The notes under the pieces were generated by a model. It made no database searches and was not told the DNA's origin. It saw only the letters and a list, made by a program, of their open reading frames with translations. A stretch of DNA of 64,000 nt from Alphaproteobacteria bacterium (GTDB lineage: Bacteria; Pseudomonadota; Alphaproteobacteria; GM7ARS4; G965262615): positions 480,001 to 544,000 of the forward strand of contig OZ253545.1 in assembly GCA_965262615.1 (NCBI GenBank), read 5' to 3'. The position numbers were made by a program, and so were the translations under genes. Positions 19,922 through 29,462 of this stretch are shown here, in pieces. Within the stretch, counting starts at the first letter, position 1, and every line of letters begins with the position of its first letter.

Positions 19922-21672
19922 GATGATGGTTCGTCACGGCGCGGCGTGACCATCAGAGGCGGATGATGGGTGCGCGCCACCAGATGACTGTTGGAATTGC
20001 CAATAATAAGAATGGTGTTCATGTCAATGGCATCGGCATTGAGTTTTTCAAGTTGAGTGACAATTGAATGTTCCTGTGGGTGATTAAGATGACGAGCGAT
20101 GATGATGGGTGTCTCGGGCGCACGATGCTCGCGAATGAGCTGCAGACATTCGGTGAAGAAAGCGTGTCGCTTGGTGGAGGTGGGATTGTAGAGGGCGATG
20201 ACGAATTGGGCAATGAGGGCATGGGTGAGCCGCTCACGAATAACATCTCGCTGCGTGAGCAAATCGGACAGTGAAATGAGGGCGGTGTCGTGTCCCACAG
20301 CTGCGCCGTGGCGACTGCTGGCTTCTTGCATCGCGCTGACACCGGGAATGATGGTGAGCTCAATGCGCTGCCATGATGCCTCGCCGTTCTGTAGGCACTC
20401 AATCGCGGGCGATGCCATGCCGTAGATGCTCGCGTCACCTGACGACACCAGAGCCACATTGCGTCCTTGATTGGCAAGGGTGAAGGCTTTGCGGACACGC
20501 TCTTCTTCTTTGCCGATGGCATAGGGAAAGAATTCGGCGGTGTGTTGAAATTCGTCCAACAAGGAGAGATAGGCGGAAAATCCAACGATGGCATCGGCTT
20601 GACACAACGCATTGTGGGCGCGGCGCGTCATGGAATCTGTGCCGCCGCCGATGCCGATGATGGTGAGGCGTCCGCGTGTGTGTCCTGCGAGTTCCGTCAT
20701 GGGATGGCGCGTAAGGCTCACCGCAAGGGTGACATCGCCAAGGGTGGTTTTAGGAATGATGAGCCGTCCGTGCGTTCCCACCGCCGCCAATGCCGCACTT
20801 TCTGCCACGCCGTACACACCCACCTCACGAAAAACGCGCGTTGATGGATGACGCAGACGATGATGCTGCGCCGCCAGTTCATCTTTGCTGAAAAAACGCG
20901 CCGCGCGCCGATGGTGATGAGCCACATCATGAATGGCTTTTTCATCCATTTTGATGTCCAAAGAGAAAAATCCCGCAATGGCAAGAGGATGAAGGCGATG
21001 ACGCGTCAGCAATTGATGCAAAGCATCAATCATGGCTTGAGATGAGGCATGGCGCACACAGCCCACTCCCACCGCCAGCCGCCCTGGCACATAAACCATG
21101 TGATGGGGATGCTCTTTGCGGGTGCGCCATGAAGCCATGAGGCGAATGGCAGCGTCCGCCTGATAGGGCAGGTGATGCAGCCATGCCAGGTCATGATGCC
21201 ACCGCACCGCCTCCCCTTGAGCCACTCGCGCCGTCAATGAGGCATAACGGCTATGAGGTTGCCAGTGCCATCCGTCTGGCGTTTCACTGAGAGCGTGTCC
21301 CCACAGAGTTTGCGCGGCGGTGGCGGGCAGAACGGAAGATTCCTTGAGAACGGTAATCACGGCATGCACCCAACGGCTCGCGCCGTGATGACTGTTGGTG
21401 AGAGGCAACACATATGCTCCTTGTGGATGGACAAGAATTAAAGGGGCATCGTCTCCTTTTTTGTGCAAAAAGGGAGCAAAATGACGCACCAAAATCCCCG
21501 CCGCCATCACCCCAATGATTGCCGTGCCGTGCCGAAATGCCGTGATCGCTTGAGGCAATTGGTGCGGCACAATCATGAGACGCAATTTCAAAGAAGCCGC
21601 CAGCTTCTCGGCAAGAGGCGCACCATGACCGCCCACCGTGATGACAACGGCATCAGTCATGGTGGATCGCAC
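19918..21672 (-). CDS. cobJ: CbiG-CobJ(CbiH) fusion, precorrin-3B C17-methyltransferase
   Basis: N-terminal CbiG features (SHHGA, VGVGC, GVAESAAL) then methyltransferase (VSSGDASIYGMA, ISLSDLLT, LYNP, DMNT). Confidence 0.9.
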   Translation of the reverse strand: MRSTMTDAVVITVGGHGAPLAEKLAASLKLRLMIVPHQLPQAITAFRHGTAIIGVMAAGILVRHFAPFLHKKGDDAPLILVHPQGAYVLPLTNSHHGASRWVHAVITVLKESSVLPATAAQTLWGHALSETPDGWHWQPHSRYASLTARVAQGEAVRWHHDLAWLHHLPYQADAAIRLMASWRTRKEHPHHMVYVPGRLAVGVGCVRHASSQAMIDALHQLLTRHRLHPLAIAGFFSLDIKMDEKAIHDVAHHHRRAARFFSKDELAAQHHRLRHPSTRVFREVGVYGVAESAALAAVGTHGRLIIPKTTLGDVTLAVSLTRHPMTELAGHTRGRLTIIGIGGGTDSMTRRAHNALCQADAIVGFSAYLSLLDEFQHTAEFFPYAIGKEEERVRKAFTLANQGRNVALVSSGDASIYGMASPAIECLQNGEASWQRIELTIIPGVSAMQEASSRHGAAVGHDTALISLSDLLTQRDVIRERLTHALIAQFVIALYNPTSTKRHAFFTECLQLIREHRAPETPIIIARHLNHPQEHSIVTQLEKLNADAIDMNTILIIGNSNSHLVARTHHPPLMVTPRRDEPSS

Positions 21673-22372
21673 CGCGAGCGGGAATTAAAACGAGGGAGAA
21701 ATAACCATCGTCACCCATGGTGCTCCATTGGGAGAGAGGAAAGACTGCCATTTCACCGTCACGGTCTTGCGCGAGAAAACTGTGTTGCAACAAATGGTGA
21801 CGGGTGCAATGGTCTATGAGGCTTTGCCAGAGATCTTTTTGCGAGGTCACTTTGAGCAACACGACTCCTTCGCCGTCACTGAGGCGCGCCAATACATGAT
21901 TCAGGCGACCAAAGGGCGCAATGGTGAGCAGATCATCGCCCATGGCAATGGCTTGATTTGCCAGCGCGGCGGCATGACTCATGGCACTGACGCCGCTCAT
22001 GACACGACAGGGATAATCACTGAGATGCGCGCGCAGATGCCAATAGCTGCCATAGAGCAGCGGGTCACCAAGACACAAATAGGCGACATCTCTGCCTTGT
22101 TGCAAAAACCGCGCAAGATTTTCCCCATGATGACGATAGCGCGCCACGCGCGCCTCTTCTTTTTGATGCAATGGCAGCACGCACGGATGCAGTTCAGCAC
22201 CCTGAGGCACAAAGGGTTGAGCCAACCGCAACGCGCGTGAATCACCATCATGGTCACTGGCGGCATAGGCAATGACGGGATGGCGCGCCAACAATTGACA
22301 CGCGGCATGAGTCATTTGATGCAAAGCAACGCCCACACTCACGCCATAAAAAGTTCCTGTGGATGATGTCAT
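21653..22372 (-). CDS. cobI: precorrin-2 C20-methyltransferase (CobI/CbiL)
   Basis: GTFYGVSVG, LGDPLLYGS, GVSA; divergent; start at overlap with the cobL stop. Confidence 0.82.
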   Translation of the reverse strand: MTSSTGTFYGVSVGVALHQMTHAACQLLARHPVIAYAASDHDGDSRALRLAQPFVPQGAELHPCVLPLHQKEEARVARYRHHGENLARFLQQGRDVAYLCLGDPLLYGSYWHLRAHLSDYPCRVMSGVSAMSHAAALANQAIAMGDDLLTIAPFGRLNHVLARLSDGEGVVLLKVTSQKDLWQSLIDHCTRHHLLQHSFLAQDRDGEMAVFPLSQWSTMGDDGYFSLVLIPARGAIHHD

Positions 22373-23583
22373 GATGGTTTCTGCCAAATCCATTGCAGCA
22401 AGGGGCGATTGCTGTGAAAGGCTTCGTGCTGCGGTGTGAGAGATTCAACCTGCGACCATTGCAAATGACGCAGCACCCCGCCGCGCTGTTGTTTGTGGTG
22501 CATGAGGGCGTGTTGTGCCGCCAGTGTGATGGCATGGGCGACAAGGATGCCATCGTCATGCAACCGAGCAAGGCAGTGCCCGATGAGGTCGTTGTCAGAG
22601 ATGCCGCCGCCGATGAATATGGCGTGTGGCGAATCGTCAGTGGGACAGCAAGCGGGCGCATCTCCTTTGATGAGCGTCAGACGGCTCGCAACGCCCCACC
22701 TGTCGGCATGAAGGGTGATGGCATCACACAGCCGAGCTTGTCGCTCAATGGCGATGGCGCGATTGCGTTTATGAGCCCGCAGCCATTCAATGGTGATGCT
22801 GCCACTGCCAGCCCCAACATCCCACAATGTGCCGCCCTGAAAGGGACGCAGTGCCACCAGTGCAAGCGTGCGGGGGACGAATTTGGTGGCGGTGTGCTGT
22901 GTGAAATGGTCATCATTCAAGCCCAGCCGTGGCGGCAGGGATTGATTGTCACAATGGCAAGTGAGTGCCATGATGTGACGCTCATGGCATGATGGCATGG
23001 CAGACCAGTCGGCGACATGCCAGTGACTGATGGATTCCTCATCTTCTTCCAATTGTTGCAAAAGGCTAATCTGTGAATTGCCGTAGCCATGAGAACAGAG
23101 CCACTCAGCACATTGAGCAGGGGGCACGGCGGGGTCACCGAGAATCAAATAGCGTCCGCCATTCTCCAGCCGAGGCAGAAGAGAATGCAACGGGCGACCA
23201 TGAATGGAACAACAGGTGATATCTTCCATCGCCCATCCCATGCGCGTCGCGGCATGACTCAGAGAGGACACCGCGGGCAACACAATGACGGTGTGTTTTT
23301 GGGCATGGCGGCGCACAAATTGCGCCACGCCAAAAAAAGACGGGTCACCACTGGCAAGAATGGCGATGGTGCGATGGCGGCTGAACAGGGTGTCATTGTC
23401 AGCAAAGGGTTTCTGCCACTGTTTGTAAGGGCGGTTGTGATGCGCCACGCGCGCCCGATGACGCTCCGCTCCCACGATGATTTCCGAATTACTGATGTAA
23501 TCATCGGCGCGATGAGGCAACTTCTCTTGGTTATGAAGCGGCACGCCGATGATGGCAATCCACGAATGAGCCAATGACATCAT
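22369..23583 (-). CDS. cobL: precorrin-6Y methyltransferase/decarboxylase (CbiE-CbiT fusion)
   Basis: LASGDPSFFG, SIHGR, LWDVGAGSGSITIEW, AIFIGGG. Confidence 0.92.
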   Translation of the reverse strand: MMSLAHSWIAIIGVPLHNQEKLPHRADDYISNSEIIVGAERHRARVAHHNRPYKQWQKPFADNDTLFSRHRTIAILASGDPSFFGVAQFVRRHAQKHTVIVLPAVSSLSHAATRMGWAMEDITCCSIHGRPLHSLLPRLENGGRYLILGDPAVPPAQCAEWLCSHGYGNSQISLLQQLEEDEESISHWHVADWSAMPSCHERHIMALTCHCDNQSLPPRLGLNDDHFTQHTATKFVPRTLALVALRPFQGGTLWDVGAGSGSITIEWLRAHKRNRAIAIERQARLCDAITLHADRWGVASRLTLIKGDAPACCPTDDSPHAIFIGGGISDNDLIGHCLARLHDDGILVAHAITLAAQHALMHHKQQRGGVLRHLQWSQVESLTPQHEAFHSNRPLLQWIWQKPS

Positions 23584-24197
23584 GAATGGTGCGCGGCGGC
23601 ATTGATGGCAGCCGCAGCAAGGGCACTGCCTCCCCGCCGTCCTGTGAGGGTCACAAAGGGAATGGTGGCATAGTGGCTTAAAAATTCCTGTTTGGCTTCC
23701 GCCGCGCCCACAAATCCCAAAGGAAACAGCGCAATCGCCGCGGGCAAGGGTGCGCCGTCACGCCATAGATTCATCAGTTCATACAAAGCGGTTGGTGCAT
23801 TGCCGATGGCAACAACCGAATTTTGCAAATGAGGTAGCCAATGATGAACAGCACAGGCGGTACGCGTCTTGCCTTGTGATGCGGCATCTTTCGCACTCAC
23901 CTGATGCAAAAAGCACAATACATTATTCTGGCGCGGCAGGCGATGAGTCATGATGCCGGCGCGCGTCATCATGGAATCTGTTAAAATCGGGTGTCCTTTG
24001 GTGAGAGCATCACCAGCTGCCGTCATAAAGCTGTCATGCCATTGCAGCTGAGGGACAATATTGGGGTCAGCAACCGCATACACCAATCGCTCCACCAATG
24101 GCGCGGGGGCATGAGGCGGCAGTGTGAGCGTTGCGCGCAAACGCTGCCTTGATAACTGCTCAATGGCGGCAGGCTCGCTCACATAATCAAAAGACAT
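23580..24197 (-). CDS. cobH: precorrin-8X methylmutase (CobH/CbiC)
   Basis: AIGNAPTAL, PLGFVGAAEAK, GRRGGSALAAAAINA. Confidence 0.94.
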   Translation of the reverse strand: MSFDYVSEPAAIEQLSRQRLRATLTLPPHAPAPLVERLVYAVADPNIVPQLQWHDSFMTAAGDALTKGHPILTDSMMTRAGIMTHRLPRQNNVLCFLHQVSAKDAASQGKTRTACAVHHWLPHLQNSVVAIGNAPTALYELMNLWRDGAPLPAAIALFPLGFVGAAEAKQEFLSHYATIPFVTLTGRRGGSALAAAAINAAAHHS

Positions 24198-24202
24198 CTG
24201 CC

Positions 24203-25210
24203 CTAGAACGCACGCTTGAGGGATGACGGACCCAAAGGATGATCATGATGGGGATAGGGCGGACGATCATCATGACCATGAGAATGATGAGAATGGTGCG
24301 CATGGTCGTGCCCATTGGCAAGCAAGCCCTCCACATGATGATGGTGACCCGCTTGCGGCAATCCCACCTCATGAGCAAAGGCGGGCATGGGAACTCGGTA
24401 CTTGCACAGATGACAATTCATCACCGCTTGAGATGAGGACGAAAGACACTCTTGCAATCGCTCCAATGCCGTTTGGGTAAGCAGCTCATGACGATTGAGA
24501 TAGGGTGCACAGACAATCTCTCCTGCTCGCCACTCCGCCGCAATCTGCTGGCTATGTTCATAAATGCGTTTGACCAAAATTCCCGTGAAGAGAAAATAGG
24601 GAAAAACAATGATTTGCTTGAAGGGCAGCTGGATGGCATGGGACAGTGCCGCTCTTGTCAAAGGAAAGGTGACACCGGAATAGGCGACTTCCAGCCAGCC
24701 AAAGCCCATGTTTTCCTGCAAAAGACGCGCCACCTTGCTGACATTGCCATTGGCATCGGGGTCCGATGAGCCGCGCCCCACAACCATCAGTAATTGGTCA
24801 TGACGAGGCAACGGCGATGGCATGTGTGCCAAAGCCTCTTCAATGCGCAGGCAGGACAGCTGAATCAGACGATGGTCTAAGGAGAGATCGCGCGCCATCT
24901 CAATGGTGACACCATGATGGCGCGCCGATTCTCGCAATGCGGAGGGGACATCATTTTTGACATGCCCCGCAGCAAACAGCATCACGGGCAGGGCGATGAT
25001 ATGACGACACCCCTGCCCAGCCAGCGCACTGATGGCATCATGCAAAACGGGCGTTGCGAATTCCAAATAGCCGTAGCTCATGATGACATTGGGGGCAAGC
25101 GCGGCGCGGATATCATCGGCAAAATCGTGAAAAGAGGCAATGGCTTCTTCATCCCGTGAGCCGTGTCCCACCAAAAGAACGCCCAGAGGCGGTGATTTGT
25201 GTTTGTCCAT
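24203..25210 (-). CDS. cbiX: sirohydrochlorin cobaltochelatase, long form
   Basis: GHGSRD, AGHVKND, GRGSSD, PYFLFTG, MNCHLCKYR and a His-rich tail. Confidence 0.92.
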   Translation of the reverse strand: MDKHKSPPLGVLLVGHGSRDEEAIASFHDFADDIRAALAPNVIMSYGYLEFATPVLHDAISALAGQGCRHIIALPVMLFAAGHVKNDVPSALRESARHHGVTIEMARDLSLDHRLIQLSCLRIEEALAHMPSPLPRHDQLLMVVGRGSSDPDANGNVSKVARLLQENMGFGWLEVAYSGVTFPLTRAALSHAIQLPFKQIIVFPYFLFTGILVKRIYEHSQQIAAEWRAGEIVCAPYLNRHELLTQTALERLQECLSSSSQAVMNCHLCKYRVPMPAFAHEVGLPQAGHHHHVEGLLANGHDHAHHSHHSHGHDDRPPYPHHDHPLGPSSLKRAF

Positions 25211-25272
25211 AGGCTCACAATAAGATAGAAAGACCAGTGAGGCTAGAGCTCTTTTTTGATGACAGTGATTTT

Positions 25273-26202
25273 ATGACAGTGACACTCTTCACCGATGAGG
25301 TTTTTGCCCTTCACGACACGGGAACGGGTCATCCAGAGACGGCGGCGCGCGTGGAGGTGATTGCCAAAGCCGCGCGCGATCTCAAAAAGGCAGTGGCGTG
25401 GCACACCACAGCGCGCGAGGCAACCGATGAGGAGCTGCAGCGGGTGCATGAGCGTGGCTACATTCGTCAGTTGCGAGGAGCATCCCCGAGCGAGGGGCGT
25501 GTTTTTTTGGATGGTGACACCATCCTGTCGCCGCAAAGTTTGCGGGCGGCGCGTGTCGCATGTGGCGGCGCGATGATGGCGGTGGATGAAATGCTGGCGG
25601 CGGGAGGCGGTCATGCCTTTGTGTTGGCGCGCCCGCCAGGGCATCATGCCACGCCGCAGCGAGCGATGGGGTTTTGTCTTTTCAATCAGGCGGTGATGGC
25701 GGCGCGCCATGCCATGCATCACCATCGGCTGGACACTGTGGCAATCATTGATTTTGATGTCCATCACGGCAATGGCACGCAGGATTGTGTGTGGGAGGAT
25801 GAGCGGTGTTTTTATGGCTCGGTGCATCAGTATCCGTTTTATCCGGGAACGGGGGCTGCCGATGAGGTGGGACGATTTCGCACCATTCACAATGAACCCA
25901 TTCTCGGCTACACAGAGCCCGCCGTCTTTCATGAGGCAATGGCGCGCATTTTGGAATCCATGATTCGCTTTGCGCCGCAAATGGTGGTCATCTCGGCTGG
26001 ATTTGATGCCCATCGCGATGACCCCCTCGCCATGTTGCATTTGCAAGAAGAGGATTTTGCTCGGCTCACCGATGCCATCATTGGCGCGGCGCGCAGTGTG
26101 GGCGTGCATACGGTGATTTCCGTGTTGGAGGGAGGCTATCACTTGCGAGCATTGGCAAGCAGTGCTAAAGCTCATTTGCAACGATTGAGTGATTCAGCAT
26201 GA
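25273..26202 (+). CDS. histone deacetylase family (AcuC/AphA-like) amidohydrolase
   Basis: HPE, RPPGHHA, GFCLFN, DFDVHHGNGTQ, SAGFDAH..DP, LEGGY. Confidence 0.92.
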   Translation: MTVTLFTDEVFALHDTGTGHPETAARVEVIAKAARDLKKAVAWHTTAREATDEELQRVHERGYIRQLRGASPSEGRVFLDGDTILSPQSLRAARVACGGAMMAVDEMLAAGGGHAFVLARPPGHHATPQRAMGFCLFNQAVMAARHAMHHHRLDTVAIIDFDVHHGNGTQDCVWEDERCFYGSVHQYPFYPGTGAADEVGRFRTIHNEPILGYTEPAVFHEAMARILESMIRFAPQMVVISAGFDAHRDDPLAMLHLQEEDFARLTDAIIGAARSVGVHTVISVLEGGYHLRALASSAKAHLQRLSDSA

Positions 26203-26471
26203 ACGACCAACCCAAAGCCACTGAGAAGAAAAAAATTTCCGCCATGACTTTTGAAGAAGCCATGACGGAATTGGAGACTCTTCTGCAATGGGTGGAAAAA
26301 GGAGAAGGCTCACTGGAGCAATCCATCGCCGCCTATGAGCGCGGCATGGCACTGGCAGAGCATTGTGGGACATGTTTGGCAAAGGCGGAGCAAAGGGTGG
26401 AGCAGATTAAAGAGAGTAACGGCAGCGTCACCCAAGAGCCTCTGTCTTTGTTTGATGAGGACAAAAAATGA
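26199..26471 (+). CDS. xseB: exodeoxyribonuclease VII small subunit
   Basis: TFEEAMTELE, LEQSIAAYERG; upstream of ispA. Confidence 0.93.
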   Translation: MNDQPKATEKKKISAMTFEEAMTELETLLQWVEKGEGSLEQSIAAYERGMALAEHCGTCLAKAEQRVEQIKESNGSVTQEPLSLFDEDKK

Positions 26472-27370
26472 CCCGCTTTGCGGATGCATCCTTTGACGAT
26501 GCCAGTGCTTTTGTCGCCGCGCGCATGGAAGAATTATTGGCTGATGCCATTGCTCATGAGTCCCATGCGCCGAGCCGTCTGCGTGATGCCATGGCGTATA
26601 GTGTGCTGGATGGCGGCAAGAGATTGCGTCCGTTTTTTGTGCTGGCAAGCCACCATCTTTTTTCCGATGATGACGCACCCGCATGGCGCGTGGCAATAGC
26701 GGTGGAGATGATTCACTGCTACTCCCTTGTGCATGACGACCTGCCTGCGATGGATGATGATGACCTGCGGCGCGGCAGAGCATCGTGTCATAGGCACTAT
26801 GATGAAGCCACCGCCATTTTGGTGGGTGATGCCTTGCAGACTCTGGCTTTTGCCATTCTTGCCGATGAGCGCGCTCATCCTGATGCGCGACGCCGCGTGA
26901 CCTTGATTGCGGAGCTGGCGCGTCGCGCTGGCGCACAAGGCATGGTGGGCGGGCAGATGGCGGACTTGCTCGCCGAAGGACAATCCCTCTCGTTTGATGA
27001 CATCGCCCAGCTGCAACGCATGAAGACGGGAGACTTGCTCATGTTTGCCATCACCGCGGGGGCATTGCTCAATGATGCGTCCGATGACGATTATCAGCGT
27101 CTGGCGCGCTACGCTCAATGTGTGGGGCTTGCTTTTCAAATCAGGGATGACATTCTTGATGTGCAAGGCTCATCCGACCAATTGGGAAAAACATCGGGCA
27201 AGGATGAAGCCTCAGGCAAGGCGACTTTTGTTCATCACTTGGGATTAGCCCAGGCGGAGCAAAAGGCAGCCAGCCTTATTGATGAAGCCGTTGCAGAAAT
27301 TGCTCCCTTTGGCACACGCGCCCGCCTTTTGCAAGAAGCCGCGCATTTTATCATCGGACGCCATGCGTGA
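26468..27370 (+). CDS. ispA: farnesyl diphosphate synthase
   Basis: GGKRLRP, SLVHDDLPAMDDDDLRRG, FQIRDDILD, GKD. Confidence 0.94.
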   Translation: MTRFADASFDDASAFVAARMEELLADAIAHESHAPSRLRDAMAYSVLDGGKRLRPFFVLASHHLFSDDDAPAWRVAIAVEMIHCYSLVHDDLPAMDDDDLRRGRASCHRHYDEATAILVGDALQTLAFAILADERAHPDARRRVTLIAELARRAGAQGMVGGQMADLLAEGQSLSFDDIAQLQRMKTGDLLMFAITAGALLNDASDDDYQRLARYAQCVGLAFQIRDDILDVQGSSDQLGKTSGKDEASGKATFVHHLGLAQAEQKAASLIDEAVAEIAPFGTRARLLQEAAHFIIGRHA

Positions 27371-28208
27371 TGAAAAAATCATTCAAGATGAGGTCAAACG
27401 CGCAGGCAGTTCTTTTTATGCCGCCATGCGATTTCTGCCCACCACGCAAAAACGCGCGCTCTTTGCTTTGTATGCTTTTTGTCGCCATGTGGATGATATT
27501 GCCGATGATGATGACACTTTAAGCACGCAAAGAATGAACCAATTGCAAAAGGAGCAAAAGACATTTCATCGGTTGTTTCACGGCAAAAAAAGTGTGGCGG
27601 TCACGCCGCTGCAACGAGAATGGCAGTGGGTGATTCAATCGTTCCCCGTGTCTTTTGTCGATTGTGATGCCATCATTCAAGGCATGATGATGGATTGTCG
27701 CGCCCCCATCGTTGCGCCCTCTTTGCGTCAATTGGATGATTATTGCGACCATGTGGCATCGGCGGTGGGACGACTCTGGCTGGCGATTTTTGGTGATGTG
27801 TCATCCCATGCCCGCCGTTATGCCCATCATTTGGGACGCGCCTTGCAGCTCACCAACATCGTGCGGGACATTGATGATGACGCACAACGCGGCAGGGTGT
27901 ATTTGCCGCGCGAATGGCTTGCGGGAAAAAAAATCCCTTGCGATGATGTGGCATCTTTGGTGCGTCATCCCGCATTGGATGATGTGGCGCGCGAGGTAGC
28001 GCGTGAGGCGCGTGACCATTTTATCAAGGCAAATCAGGAAGCGCGCCATGTGAAAAAACGCGCGGTGCGCCATGCCAGCATCATGGCGGATGTCTATGAA
28101 CACATGTTGCACCGCCTGTGTGCCAGAGGATGGAAAACGCCGCGCACCTCCATGCGGGTGGCTCGCTGGCGGGTGGCGTTTTATGTGGCGCGGCGGCATC
28201 TGTGGTGA
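27363..28208 (+). CDS. hpnD: presqualene diphosphate synthase (HpnD-type)
   Basis: SSFYAAM, YAFCRHVDDIAD, YCDHVASAVG, LQLTNIVRDIDDDAQRGRVYLP; precedes hpnE. Confidence 0.85.
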   Translation: MRDEKIIQDEVKRAGSSFYAAMRFLPTTQKRALFALYAFCRHVDDIADDDDTLSTQRMNQLQKEQKTFHRLFHGKKSVAVTPLQREWQWVIQSFPVSFVDCDAIIQGMMMDCRAPIVAPSLRQLDDYCDHVASAVGRLWLAIFGDVSSHARRYAHHLGRALQLTNIVRDIDDDAQRGRVYLPREWLAGKKIPCDDVASLVRHPALDDVAREVAREARDHFIKANQEARHVKKRAVRHASIMADVYEHMLHRLCARGWKTPRTSMRVARWRVAFYVARRHLW

Positions 28209-29449
28209 TGGAACGGCGTTTTTTCATCATCGGCGGCGGGCTGGCAGGACTCGCCGCCGCCGTCAAAGCGGCAGAGACCCACGAGGTGCACATCTTTGAA
28301 GCCGCCACACTGCTGGGAGGACGATGTCGCTCCTTTCACGATGACACACTGGGAATCACCATTGATAATGGCAATCATTTGATTCTCAAAGCCAATGAGA
28401 ATCTGTTCTCGTATATTCATCGCATCAATGCCACCTCCCGCATGAACTATGCCACGCGGGCGCGCTATCCTTTTTTTGTGAAACAAACCGCATCCCATGT
28501 CACTCTTGATTTTGGCAACGGACGGCATCCACTGGGCATGGCAAAAACCCTATGGACGATGCCTCACGGCGGATGGCACTGTTATCGCTCATTGATGACT
28601 CTGTGGCGCGCATCGCCGCAGAAAACAGTCGCTCAATGTTGTGATGCATCCCATCCCAGTTATGATTTTTTTTGGAACATGCTGTCGCTGGCAATTCTCA
28701 ATGGCGAGGGAGATGTTTCATCGGCGCACTCATTGGCGCGAGTCATGAAAAAACTGGTTTTGACGGGAGGCGAAGGAATGTGTCCCGTCATGCCTCGGAA
28801 GAATTTGGCGGACGCTTTGATTGACCCCGCCATAACATTTCTCAACCATCACGGTGCAACCATTCATCTGCAAAAACCCATCACCAAGCTGGAGACTCAC
28901 AAGGGACATGTGACCGCTTTGCTCACCAAAAATAATCAGCGCATTGCCGCCCGCCAGACCGATCGCGTGATTGTGGCAGTGCCTGAATATCAGCTGGCGC
29001 GCCTGTTGCCCACTGTGTCTGTGCCGTCTCACTACAATGCCATTGCCAACATTCATTTTGCGTTTTCTCATGATTTGCCGCCCTCTGTGATGGGGGTTGT
29101 GGGCGGCTATAGCCATTGGATTTTTGTGCGCCAGTCTCATGTGTCGGTGACCATATCCGCCGCCGATGACCTACCCACGCGCTTGAACGAGCTCATCACG
29201 CCCATCTGGCATGAAGTGTGTGATGCGTTGTCTTTGTCGGCTCATGAAACTGTGCCGCCTCATCGCTGTCTTGTGGAGAAGCGGGCGACATTTGCGCAAA
29301 CACCGATGAATGAGTCACTGCGTCCGCCATGCACCACTGTCTGGCACAATGTTTTTCTGGCGGGACAATGGACTCGCACGGGGCTTCCCGCAACTCTGGA
29401 AGGAGCGGTGCGTTCAGGACATCTTGCGTTTGCCGCCGCCGTGAGGTAG
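28208..29449 (+). CDS. hpnE: hydroxysqualene dehydroxylase
   Basis: GGGLAGL, GGRCRSF, DNGNHL, EKRATF, TGLPATLEGAVRSG. Confidence 0.9.
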   Translation: MERRFFIIGGGLAGLAAAVKAAETHEVHIFEAATLLGGRCRSFHDDTLGITIDNGNHLILKANENLFSYIHRINATSRMNYATRARYPFFVKQTASHVTLDFGNGRHPLGMAKTLWTMPHGGWHCYRSLMTLWRASPQKTVAQCCDASHPSYDFFWNMLSLAILNGEGDVSSAHSLARVMKKLVLTGGEGMCPVMPRKNLADALIDPAITFLNHHGATIHLQKPITKLETHKGHVTALLTKNNQRIAARQTDRVIVAVPEYQLARLLPTVSVPSHYNAIANIHFAFSHDLPPSVMGVVGGYSHWIFVRQSHVSVTISAADDLPTRLNELITPIWHEVCDALSLSAHETVPPHRCLVEKRATFAQTPMNESLRPPCTTVWHNVFLAGQWTRTGLPATLEGAVRSGHLAFAAAVR

Positions 29450-29462
29450 AAGGGGAGTTTCC

